Assembly (NCBI GenBank): GCA_017559185.1
Contig: JAFYSU010000034.1
Location: 90-64,089 of the forward strand
DNA length: 64,000 bases
Origin: Oscillospiraceae bacterium
Lineage (GTDB): Bacteria; Bacillota; Clostridia; Oscillospirales; Ruminococcaceae
Direction of reading: 5' to 3'
Part shown: piece by piece, positions 27,461 to 36,079 of the stretch
Numbering within the stretch: position 1 is the stretch's first letter
Layout: every line of letters begins with the position of its first letter
Made by a program: the position numbers and the translations under genes
The notes under the pieces: model-generated
The model's input: only the letters and a program-made list of their open reading frames with translations
What the model was told of the DNA's origin: nothing
Databases searched by the model: none

Positions 27461-29227
27461 ATGACTACCAATAAACAGGTTCTGAACTGGATTGAGGAAA
27501 TTAAATCTCTTGTTACACCAAAAGAAGTAATTTGGATTGACGGCAGCGAAGAACAGCTTGAAAAACTGCGTCAGGAATGTGTTGAAACAGGCGAGCTTAT
27601 CCGCCTTAATCAGGAAAAACTTCCGGGCTGCTACCTCCACCGCAGTGCTCAAAACGATGTTGCTCGTGTTGAGGGCAGAACATTCATCTGCTGTCGTGAC
27701 AAAAACGATGCGGGTCCAACAAACAACTGGGAAGACCCTCAGGTAATGTATGCTCGTTTGAAAGAGCTTTGCAGCGGCGTTATGAAAGACCGCACAATGT
27801 ACATCATTCCTTATTCCATGGGACCTATTGGTTCTCCATTCTCCAAAATCGGTTTTGAAATCACTGACTCCAAATATGTTGTATTGAATATGGCTATCAT
27901 GGCACGCATTGGTCAGAAAGTACTTGACCAGCTTGGTGACTCCAACGATTTTGTTCGCGGACTTCACACCACAGGCAGCGTTGACCCTGAAAACCGTTAC
28001 ATCTGCCACTTCCCTGAAGATAATGCTATCTGGAGCGTTAACTCCGCTTACGGTGGCAATGTTCTTCAAGGCAAAAAATGCTTTGCTTTGAGAATTGCTT
28101 CCTTCCAAGGCCGCAACGAAGGCTGGCTTGCCGAACACATGCTCATCCTTGGTATTCGTGACCCTAAAGGAAACACCCGTTATATCGCTGCTGCGTTCCC
28201 ATCCGCTTGCGGCAAAACCAACCTTTCCATGCTTATCCCTCCAAAAAGCTTCCTTGAAAAAGGTTACTCCGTTTGGACTGTTGGTGATGACATTGCATGG
28301 ATTCGCAAAGGCGAAGATGGTCGCCTTTGGGCGGTTAACCCTGAAGCAGGCTTCTTTGGCGTTGCTCCGGGCACAAGCGAAAAATCCAACCCTAATGCAC
28401 TTGAAGCTACACGCAAAAATACTATTTTCACCAATGTTGTTCACGACCTTACCGACAATACAGTTTGGTGGGAAAGAATGACCAAACAGCCTCCTGCACA
28501 TGAGCTGCGCAACTGGAAAGGCGAGCCATGGGACGGTACCGACGGCACACCGGGTGCTCATCCAAACAGCCGCTTTACCGCACCTGCAATTAACTGTCCT
28601 TCCATCAGCAGCGAGTTCAACTCCCCTAACGGTGTACCGCTGGATGCTATTATTTTTGGTGGTCGTCGTGCAAAAACTGCACCACTGGTATACCAGTCCT
28701 TTGACTGGAATCACGGTGTATTTGTTGGTTCCGTTATGGGCAGCGAAACCACCGCAGCAGCTACCGGTCAGGTTGGCGTTGTTCGTCACGACCCAATGGC
28801 TATGCTTCCTTTCTGCGGATATCACATGGGCGACTACTTTGCACATTGGCTTAAAATGGGCGAAGGTCTTGGTGAAAAAGCACCTAAGATATTCAATGTA
28901 AACTGGTTCCGCACAGATGACGAAGGCAAATTCATCTGGCCCGGCTTTGGCGATAACCTGCGCATTCTCCTTTGGATACTTGGAAGATGCGACGGCAGTG
29001 CAGGCGCTGTTGAAACAGCTTTGGGCTGGCAGCCAAGCACATCCGATATTTGTCTTGACGGTCTTGATATCACCGAAGATGAAATGAACACACTGCTCAG
29101 CATTGATAAAGACCTGTGGAAAACCGAAGTTGAAGGTATTCATAAATTCTATGAAAAATTCGGCGACCGTCTGCCTAAAGAGCTTAAAGCTCAGCTGGCT
29201 GCTTTGGAAGAGCGTCTTGGCAAATAA
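27461..29227 (+). CDS. pckG: Phosphoenolpyruvate carboxykinase (GTP)
   Basis: About 590 aa GTP-PEPCK. Blocks FPSACGKTN (kinase-1a P-loop), WIRKGEDGRLWAVNPE, FGVAPGT, NWFR. Start ATG 27461 follows AAAGGAG. Confidence 0.9.
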   Translation: MTTNKQVLNWIEEIKSLVTPKEVIWIDGSEEQLEKLRQECVETGELIRLNQEKLPGCYLHRSAQNDVARVEGRTFICCRDKNDAGPTNNWEDPQVMYARLKELCSGVMKDRTMYIIPYSMGPIGSPFSKIGFEITDSKYVVLNMAIMARIGQKVLDQLGDSNDFVRGLHTTGSVDPENRYICHFPEDNAIWSVNSAYGGNVLQGKKCFALRIASFQGRNEGWLAEHMLILGIRDPKGNTRYIAAAFPSACGKTNLSMLIPPKSFLEKGYSVWTVGDDIAWIRKGEDGRLWAVNPEAGFFGVAPGTSEKSNPNALEATRKNTIFTNVVHDLTDNTVWWERMTKQPPAHELRNWKGEPWDGTDGTPGAHPNSRFTAPAINCPSISSEFNSPNGVPLDAIIFGGRRAKTAPLVYQSFDWNHGVFVGSVMGSETTAAATGQVGVVRHDPMAMLPFCGYHMGDYFAHWLKMGEGLGEKAPKIFNVNWFRTDDEGKFIWPGFGDNLRILLWILGRCDGSAGAVETALGWQPSTSDICLDGLDITEDEMNTLLSIDKDLWKTEVEGIHKFYEKFGDRLPKELKAQLAALEERLGK

Positions 29228-29263
29228 CTAAATACTTTTATCCTGCTTAAAGGAGTGGCTTGA

Positions 29264-29611
29264 ATGAAAAATCGTTTTAATTTGGCATGCCGCATTTCCG
29301 CAGCACTGTTAATGGGATCGGCAACGATTCGTTTTCTTGCCGGCTGTTTTCAAAACTGGTGGCTCAAACGCCATGTTTCCGGCAAGGCAGGACAAATCTC
29401 CTATGTTAAGGATAAAAACGGTACCGGAAGCGTGTATGTTACCTATATTGACAAGAACAGCGGTGAGGTTATTCAGGAAAACTGTACCGAACTTTTCCGT
29501 TGTATAACATGGGTGGATATAACCCGTAATGTCATGGTGGTGCTTTCCGCTTTGAGCATGGTAAGCTATATTGCAAGCTGTATTATGCAGGTGGTTTTTA
29601 AAGAGGACTAA
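29264..29611 (+). CDS. Hypothetical small membrane protein (2 predicted TM helices)
   Basis: AAGGAG 9 nt upstream of the start. Hydrophobic N- and C-terminal segments flank a small soluble domain. No family recognised. Followed by a strong terminator. Confidence 0.55.
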   Translation: MKNRFNLACRISAALLMGSATIRFLAGCFQNWWLKRHVSGKAGQISYVKDKNGTGSVYVTYIDKNSGEVIQENCTELFRCITWVDITRNVMVVLSALSMVSYIASCIMQVVFKED

Positions 29612-29621
29612 TAATCAACAT

Positions 29622-29659
29622 AAAAAGCAGAGTTTTCGCTTGAAAACTCTGCTTTTTTA
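29622..29659. terminator. Bidirectional terminator (pck operon / wbp operon convergent)
   Basis: 12-bp stem agcagagttttc / gaaaactctgct, flanked by A- and T-runs. Confidence 0.85.
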
Positions 29660-29730
29660 TCTGCCTTACTTTCTGTATTTGGACCTTTTCACAGCGGGTG
29701 GGGGTAAATCAGTGTAAAAACGAAATGTTC

Positions 29731-30813
29731 TTAAAATTTATTTATAATATCCGCCACTTTAGCTATCTCATCATTCGTTATGTACGGATGTATAGGCAGC
29801 GACAGCACTGTTTGGCATAGAATTTCGGAATTAGGGCAATCTGCAAATTTTTCAAATTTTTTAAAAGCCTGCTGTTTACTTAAAGGTTTGGGATAGTAAA
29901 TCATTGTGGGAATACCCATCTTCGCAAGACTTTTTTGTACCATGTCACGCTTGCTTTTATTGTCAAAACGGATTGTATACTGAGCCCACGACGATTTAAA
30001 GTCTTGCGGTATTACAGGTATATTCCATTTTTCACACAGCTGCTTGCTGTAAAATTCTGCCGCCATACGCAGTGCAGCAAGCTCACTGTTTTTAAAAGCC
30101 TTAAACTTCACCTGAAGTATTGCTGCCTGTACAGTATCCAACCGTGAGTTTATGCCAACTCTCACATTTTCGTATTTATCTTTCCCTTTGCCATGGCATT
30201 TAAGCGAGCGCATAATATCTGCCTTTTGGGTATCGTTTGTAAAAACCGCACCTCCGTCTCCATAGCATCCAAGCGGTTTTGACGGAAAAAACGACACAGC
30301 TGCAGCATTTCCAAAACTGCCGTTTAATCTGCCGTTTATTTCTCCTCCAAACCCCTGTGCCGAATCTTGAAAAAGCAATAAATCATGTTTTTGTGCTATA
30401 ACGCTTAATTCAGGGTAATTTGCAGGCAACCCAAACATATCCACTGCAACAACCGCTTTTGCATTAAGCTTACCGCTGTTTTTTACCTTTTGTACGGCAT
30501 TTTCCAACGACTGCACGTCTACATTGAAGGTATCTTTTTGCACATCACAAAACACAGGTACGGCACCTGTTCTTGCAACTGCCTCGGCTGTTGCAAAAAA
30601 TGTAAAGTCGGGTACAAACACTGCGTCACCACTGCCTATCCCCCAAGCGGAAAGCATTAAAAAAATAGCATCTGTACCGTTTGCGCAGCTCACACAATGC
30701 TTTACCCCCACATACTCGGCAAGGCTTTTTTCAAGCTCTCCAACCTGTCTGCCGTCAATGCTTCGGCACTCATCCAACGCATTTAAAACAGCTTTGTTTA
30801 TCTCATTCTGCAA
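29731..30813 (-). CDS. DegT/DnrJ/EryC1/StrS-family PLP sugar aminotransferase (WbpE-like); N-terminus apparently frameshifted
   Basis: Colinear by eye with P. aeruginosa WbpE (CANGTDA, FFPSKPLGCYGDGGA, NSRLDTVQAAIL). Homology continues upstream of TTG 30813 to the wbpD-like stop, but the only ATG (30856) is out of frame. Confidence 0.8.
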   Translation of the reverse strand: MQNEINKAVLNALDECRSIDGRQVGELEKSLAEYVGVKHCVSCANGTDAIFLMLSAWGIGSGDAVFVPDFTFFATAEAVARTGAVPVFCDVQKDTFNVDVQSLENAVQKVKNSGKLNAKAVVAVDMFGLPANYPELSVIAQKHDLLLFQDSAQGFGGEINGRLNGSFGNAAAVSFFPSKPLGCYGDGGAVFTNDTQKADIMRSLKCHGKGKDKYENVRVGINSRLDTVQAAILQVKFKAFKNSELAALRMAAEFYSKQLCEKWNIPVIPQDFKSSWAQYTIRFDNKSKRDMVQKSLAKMGIPTMIYYPKPLSKQQAFKKFEKFADCPNSEILCQTVLSLPIHPYITNDEIAKVADIINKF

Positions 30814-30852
30814 TATGCTGTATTGCAGTTTTAAGCCTTTGAATTCCGTTTT

Positions 30853-31422
30853 TCATCCCTCCGTCTGTTTTATTCCGGTCCCACAGCTAACATATTTTTT
30901 ACCGCAAACGGTACATTCAAGGTTTTCATCCAACTTTGCTCCGCAACAGCAAACCCACCCCGTTAATACGGCAGGCACGCCAACAGCAAGTGCATGGTCA
31001 GGTACATCTTTGGTTACTACCGCACCTGCTGCAATCATTGCCCAACTGCCAATAGTACAGCCACAAACTATTACCGCATTGGCACCGATAGAAGCTCCAT
31101 TTTTCACCAGTGTTGGAATACGTTCTTTCTTTGGGAAAGGAGCTCTTGGAGTTAAATCATTGGTAAACACACAAGACGGGCCGCAAAACACATTGTCTTG
31201 TAAAATTACCCCGCCATATACCGATACATTATTTTGAATTTTAACCCCATTACCAACCTCTGCACCGTTTCCAATGTAAACATTCTGCCCTATAACACAG
31301 TTTTCACCTACTTTTGCCCCCGTTTGTATATGCGAAAAATGCCATATTTTTGTTCCTTGTCCTACATATGCTCCATCATCAATAACTGCTGTTGCATGAT
31401 GATAATAATCAGGCTTTTCCAA
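30853..31422 (-). CDS. Left-handed beta-helix (hexapeptide) N-acetyltransferase (WbpD-like)
   Basis: Hexapeptide repeats (IGQNVYIGNGAEVGNGVKIQNNVSV). Start re-set to TTG 31422, 5 nt after GGAGGG, overlapping the upstream stop. Confidence 0.8.
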   Translation of the reverse strand: MEKPDYYHHATAVIDDGAYVGQGTKIWHFSHIQTGAKVGENCVIGQNVYIGNGAEVGNGVKIQNNVSVYGGVILQDNVFCGPSCVFTNDLTPRAPFPKKERIPTLVKNGASIGANAVIVCGCTIGSWAMIAAGAVVTKDVPDHALAVGVPAVLTGWVCCCGAKLDENLECTVCGKKYVSCGTGIKQTEG

Positions 31423-32482
31423 ACGAACCCTCCATTTCCCGCGTGGAAAAATCATCAAGAGGCAAAAAAACCTCCTGCCTTGTTTTGTGGCTTTTGTATA
31501 TGGCAAGTACCAGTTCAACTGCCTGTGCGGTTTGCGAAAGGTCAACAATTGAAGCTTCACCACTTTTTACAGCCGAAATAAATTCCCTGTACAGCTCGCT
31601 GTGACCGCTGCCATACACATTTTGGGGTGCAGTGTTCAAGATACTGATGTTTTTTTCAAACGGTTCGCCATTAACACGCCAAAGTTCCACCTTTTCAAGG
31701 GCATACCCCCCAAGGCACACTGTCCCTTTTTCACCAAATACGCAGAGCGTTTCCTCCAAATTTTCAGGGTACACATTCCCCGTACCCTCCACTATTCCCA
31801 ATGCTCCGTTTTCATAGCTTATTATTGCAGCCCCAACATCCTCCGCCTGTATGTACGGATGAAACCTGTTTTGTATAACACCTTTTACCGAAATCGGGCG
31901 ACAGTTCATCATGTAATTAAGCAGGTCTATTCCATGAATACATTGGTTCATAAGTATTCCGCCGTCTTGGTCCCATCTGCCTCTCCACGCTGCTTGTGAA
32001 TAGTAATCCTTGTCCCTGTACCATCGCACTTGCAGGGAGATGTGTGATATTTTACCCAAGCGGTTTTCCTGCAAAGCTTTTTTCAGTCTGCGCACAGGCG
32101 GGTTAAATCTGTTTTGATGACATACACCTATCCTTAATCCTGTATCACACTGAGCTTTTTTAAGCTGGGAAAGTTCTTTCATTGAAAGCGCGGCAGGTTT
32201 TTCCAATATAACGCTGCTTGAATTTTTCAAACATTCAACCGCAGCTTGTGCATGACCTCCGCTGGGTATTGCTATTGCAGTAATGTTGGGAGATACCTCT
32301 TGGAGCATAAGCCGATAATCCGTATAAACAGCTGTTTTGCCAGAAAGCCCGAATTCCTCCAAAAGCAAATTTGCCTTATCATCTGAAAGGTCACACACTG
32401 CCGCAGGTATTACACCGTTTTCCATTATTGCCTGAATGTGTTTCGGTGCTATTCGTCCGCAACCAATTAAAGCATACCTCAT
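31409..32482 (-). CDS. Gfo/Idh/MocA-family oxidoreductase (WbpB-like)
   Basis: N-terminal Rossmann motif MRYALIGCGRIAPKH. Length and position between the WbpA-like and WbpD-like genes. Confidence 0.8.
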   Translation of the reverse strand: MRYALIGCGRIAPKHIQAIMENGVIPAAVCDLSDDKANLLLEEFGLSGKTAVYTDYRLMLQEVSPNITAIAIPSGGHAQAAVECLKNSSSVILEKPAALSMKELSQLKKAQCDTGLRIGVCHQNRFNPPVRRLKKALQENRLGKISHISLQVRWYRDKDYYSQAAWRGRWDQDGGILMNQCIHGIDLLNYMMNCRPISVKGVIQNRFHPYIQAEDVGAAIISYENGALGIVEGTGNVYPENLEETLCVFGEKGTVCLGGYALEKVELWRVNGEPFEKNISILNTAPQNVYGSGHSELYREFISAVKSGEASIVDLSQTAQAVELVLAIYKSHKTRQEVFLPLDDFSTREMEGSFGKA

Positions 32483-32493
32483 ATCCCGTCACC

Positions 32494-33804
32494 TCACAGC
32501 ACTTCCACATTTTCGCGCTCTGTAATGCATTTAAGGGCATTTTTGCAGTCAAAAATGGCTCTGGCGTTTTTTGCGGCAAGGGAATAATCAACATTTGTAT
32601 GTGCTGTCGAAACTATTACTGCATCGTATTCTTTTATCATATCCGCAGTAAGCATTGGACGGCTGATTTTAATTTCTCCGTTCACCCGAACATTAGGAAC
32701 CCATGGATCGTAATATTCAACAGCTGCACCTTTTTTCTCCAACAGCTGCCATATTTTTAATGCGGGACTTTCCCTGTAATCCGAAACATCCTGCTTATAT
32801 GCAACTCCCAACAGCAGTATTTTTGAATTCTGTATGCTTTTTGTTTTTTGGTTAAGCATATCGGCAACACGGCTGACACAGTATTCCGGCATTTTGTCGT
32901 TCACAGTCATGGCACTCTCTATCATTGTTGTGTGAAAACCGTATTCCCGTGCCTTCCACGAAAGGTAGTAAGGGTCAAGCGGTATGCAGTGACCTCCTAT
33001 TCCCGGTCCGGGATAAAAGGCTTGAAAACCGTATGGCTTTGACTTTGCAGCTTCGATTACCTCCCACACATTTATCCCCATTTTGTGACAGAGCATTGCA
33101 AATTCATTTATAAGGCTTATATTCACATTACGGTATGTATTCTCCAAAAGTTTTTCCATTTCCGCTGCTGCCGGTGAGGAAAGCACTGCAACCTCTGCTT
33201 CAAGTACGGTTTTGTACATCTGTGCAATAACCTCGGCTGCGTCTTTGCCTATCGCACCAACCACACGCGGTGTGTTTTTTATTTTATAAATACGGTTGCC
33301 CGGGTCCACCCTTTCGGGAGAGTATCCCAAATAAAAATCTGTTCCGCATTTAAAACCATTCTGCTCCAACAAGGGTTTTACAAGCTCCTGTGTTGTGCCG
33401 GGATAGGTAGTGGACTCCAGTACAACCACTGTCCCCTTTTTCATGTACTTGGCTATCTGCTTTGCTGATGCTTCAATATAGCTTAAATCAGGCTGTTGGT
33501 GTTTATCCAAAGGCGTGGGTACACAAACTGCAATAAAATCCACTTGTGAAATTTGTGAAAAGTCATCGGTTGCACAAAGCATTCCGCTTTTCACCACTTC
33601 GGCAAGTTCTTGGGGTACAACATCTCCAATATAGTTTTCCGCACGATTTACCTGCCTTGTTTTATTTTTTTGCACATCAAATCCAATTGTTAAAAAACCT
33701 GCCTTTGCCTTTTCAACAGCTAACGGCAATCCAACATATCCCAGACCTATTATGCCTACTTTAAGTTTTCTTTCCTTTATTTTTTCAAGCAGTTTTTCCT
33801 TCAC
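32494..33804 (-). CDS. UDP-N-acetyl-hexosamine 6-dehydrogenase (WbpA/WecC-like nucleotide-sugar dehydrogenase)
   Basis: VGIIGLGYVGLPLA, GPGIGGHCIP (catalytic Cys). GTG start 8 nt after AAGGAGG. Confidence 0.85.
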   Translation of the reverse strand: MKEKLLEKIKERKLKVGIIGLGYVGLPLAVEKAKAGFLTIGFDVQKNKTRQVNRAENYIGDVVPQELAEVVKSGMLCATDDFSQISQVDFIAVCVPTPLDKHQQPDLSYIEASAKQIAKYMKKGTVVVLESTTYPGTTQELVKPLLEQNGFKCGTDFYLGYSPERVDPGNRIYKIKNTPRVVGAIGKDAAEVIAQMYKTVLEAEVAVLSSPAAAEMEKLLENTYRNVNISLINEFAMLCHKMGINVWEVIEAAKSKPYGFQAFYPGPGIGGHCIPLDPYYLSWKAREYGFHTTMIESAMTVNDKMPEYCVSRVADMLNQKTKSIQNSKILLLGVAYKQDVSDYRESPALKIWQLLEKKGAAVEYYDPWVPNVRVNGEIKISRPMLTADMIKEYDAVIVSTAHTNVDYSLAAKNARAIFDCKNALKCITERENVEVL

Positions 33805-33867
33805 CTTCGTTTCCTCCTTACTGCTTTTTTAAATTATTTATTCCAAATAATTTAAAAATAGTACAAG

Positions 33868-33908
33868 CAAAAACACCGCAGTCCCAAAATGAACTGCGGT
33901 GTTTTTTG
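33868..33908 (-). terminator. Terminator about 150 nt downstream of the cotH-like stop
   Basis: Stem acaccgcagt / actgcggtgt, flanked by A- and T-runs. Confidence 0.7.
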
Positions 33909-34059
33909 ATGGAAAAGAAAGAAGAATAGTATTAATTTAGGAGTACTGCTGCCCTTTCGGGCAGTATGTTCAGCGAGTACATTTTTATTATACCAATATT
34001 GCGAAAAAATATCAGAACTTTAAATTAAGTCCGTGTAAACAAATTTTAAACATCCTGCA

Positions 34060-36066
34060 TTATCGGCGTTTAAACTTTGCTGCTGCAAATAGTCCTGCCC
34101 CCAGCAGTGCCAAGCTTCCTGCTAACAGGCACCATTGGTATACCTCTTCTTCGCTGTTGTTGGCATTTTCCGTTTGCATTTGATGATGTTTAAACTCTCT
34201 TGGAAATCCTTCGGGTGGATTTTCACCCCACTCACGCTGCATTTGCGGGAAACCTTCTGGCGGATTTTCACCCCACTCACGCTGCATTTGCGAAAAACCT
34301 TCTGGCGGATTTTCACCCCACTCACGCTGCATTTGCGGGAAACCTTCTGGTGGGTTTTCACCCCACTCACGCTGCATTTGCGGAAAACCTTCTGGCGGGT
34401 TTTCACCCTGCTCCTCGTTATCTTTAATGCCGCGTCTGCCGCCAAAGCCACCCATGTGATTGCCCATTGCTGCTATGTCAACCTCGTCTGCATTTATAAG
34501 TGCCGAAGAATCCGCCTTTTGTGCTTCATCGGTCGATGGTATGCTGCCATCCAGTTGTCCCTTTACACTTTCGGCTCTAAGCAAACAAAGCTTCTTCAAA
34601 ACAGGTGCCGCTTTTTCAAATTCTTCATATGTGCAAAAAGCAGTAGGGTCTTTTTTCACATACGGTGCAATTAAGCTGTAAGTATTATCAAAAGTTTCTT
34701 CAAATTGTCCGCTGTTAAAATAGCTTTCAATCCAGCTCAGATAAATTTCGTGATACTTTTTCGTGTATTCTTCATTACTGAATATCCACGAAAGCATGGG
34801 AAGATTTTCAACATTGTTTGCAGGTGTGTCGATGGCATCGTTCACAAGTGCAGACGCATCTCCGCCGCCCATACCTCCAAACGCAAGGTTGTAGTCCCAA
34901 CCAATCATCGAAAGCTTGCCTTCATGCTCGTGCACATAATAGTTATGAACTATCATTCCTGTATAGCTGTCGTTGTTCAGTACAAATGTATGTGCTGCAA
35001 AGTAACGCATTACCTCGTCAATTTCAAGCACTTGTTCAAGGTCTTTTTGCTCACCAAGCTGTTTTAATGATGCAATAAGCCTTTCTTTGTCGGCTTTGCT
35101 TACATCAAATACCGCGTTGTCAAAAATGTTTGAATAGCTTTCGATGTTATCATCACTGTACTGTAAACGCACAGCGGTATTACCGCCCATGCCTTTGCCA
35201 AAGCCCGACCAATTCGGCATTCTTCTGTCTGCGTTTTGGTTATCAGCCGTTTTATTTTCGGTTTCCGATTGATTTTCAGGCTTATCATTCATTATCGGCA
35301 GTTCGCTTTGACTTTCAGGCGCAATACTTTCGGATTTTTTTATTTCCGCTGTTTGTTGATGGTTAAAGCCCTCGCCATTTTTACGATTTTTCCATTGTTT
35401 TGCAAAGTCTTCGAAATTATTTTTTCCGTTTCCGCCGCCCATGTTCATACTTTCAGGCTTGTAGATACTGCCGTAGTCAGAACCGAAATTCCGCTGTGCA
35501 AATCCATCTTCAATTCCTTCAACGGCAAGGTAAAGTCCCCAATCCTCACCGTTGAGCGTTACCCAAACATAGCTTGCAAGCGGAGCATATGCACCCGCCT
35601 GGCGCAGCATATCAAGACAAATATAATCCTTCATGCAGGTTTTATCCTGTATCAAATTGTTAAGTGCCAGTTTATCCAAACCGTAATATGTGGTATTCTT
35701 ATCATAATGATCGAATTCCACCTTAAAGCTGTACCTGTCCGAGTCGGATGAGGACACCTGCCGCAGCGAAGAGTTACCCTTTGGTCTAATGGCAACATTA
35801 TGGTACGCTTCGCCGTCTATTACAACATCACAGGTTATGTATTCTTCGCTTCGTGCGTTGTCCAGCATGTTTTGCCAGTCATCTTTATTGGCAACTATAT
35901 CTATGGTATGAACCTTGTCGGTTGTAAAAAGCTTTTGCGTGTACGGCAAAACTGTATCTGCTCTTACAATTCCGAATTTTTCGCCATTTACAAACAGCAG
36001 CGTTATAACCAGTGTAAGCAGTGTTATGATACCGCAAACAACACCGATATGTCTGCTTGTAGACAT
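34060..36066 (-). CDS. cotH: CotH kinase-family protein, membrane anchored at both termini, with C-terminal 15-aa tandem repeats
   Basis: CotH-type blocks (RYSFKVEFDHYDK, LDKLALNN, GLYLAVEGIED, NYYVHE). N-terminal TM VVCGIITLLTLVITLLFV. C-terminal TM plus KFKRR. 4.5 copies of GENPPEGFPQMQREW. Confidence 0.8.
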   Translation of the reverse strand: MSTSRHIGVVCGIITLLTLVITLLFVNGEKFGIVRADTVLPYTQKLFTTDKVHTIDIVANKDDWQNMLDNARSEEYITCDVVIDGEAYHNVAIRPKGNSSLRQVSSSDSDRYSFKVEFDHYDKNTTYYGLDKLALNNLIQDKTCMKDYICLDMLRQAGAYAPLASYVWVTLNGEDWGLYLAVEGIEDGFAQRNFGSDYGSIYKPESMNMGGGNGKNNFEDFAKQWKNRKNGEGFNHQQTAEIKKSESIAPESQSELPIMNDKPENQSETENKTADNQNADRRMPNWSGFGKGMGGNTAVRLQYSDDNIESYSNIFDNAVFDVSKADKERLIASLKQLGEQKDLEQVLEIDEVMRYFAAHTFVLNNDSYTGMIVHNYYVHEHEGKLSMIGWDYNLAFGGMGGGDASALVNDAIDTPANNVENLPMLSWIFSNEEYTKKYHEIYLSWIESYFNSGQFEETFDNTYSLIAPYVKKDPTAFCTYEEFEKAAPVLKKLCLLRAESVKGQLDGSIPSTDEAQKADSSALINADEVDIAAMGNHMGGFGGRRGIKDNEEQGENPPEGFPQMQREWGENPPEGFPQMQREWGENPPEGFSQMQREWGENPPEGFPQMQREWGENPPEGFPREFKHHQMQTENANNSEEEVYQWCLLAGSLALLGAGLFAAAKFKRR
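34208..34410 (-). repeat. 45-bp in-frame tandem repeat, about 4.5 copies, inside the cotH-like gene
   Basis: Plus-strand unit ccttctggcggattttcaccccactcacgctgcatttgcgggaaa recurs at 34208, 34253, 34298 and 34343, with a partial copy at 34388. Only 1-4 substitutions per copy. Encodes GENPPEGFPQMQREW. Confidence 0.95.
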
Positions 36067-36079
36067 TTTTGCTGCCCCC

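Noticed and set aside
27422-29143. 573-aa minus-strand ORF
   Set aside because: Lies exactly antisense and codon-aligned to a well-supported GTP-PEPCK gene. It has no SD, a low-complexity Cys/Phe/Val-rich translation and no family resemblance. It is an artefact of codon bias.
33940-33970. CTGCCC-GAAA-GGGCAG hairpin in the cotH 3' UTR as a terminator
   Set aside because: There is no U-tract on the minus strand. The real terminator is at 33868..33908. It may be a stabilising GNRA hairpin, but the sequence gives no further support.
34208-34410. Possible CRISPR-like repeat array
   Set aside because: The repeats are directly abutting with no spacers. They are in frame inside the cotH-like ORF and encode a 15-aa peptide repeat. 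No cas genes are present.
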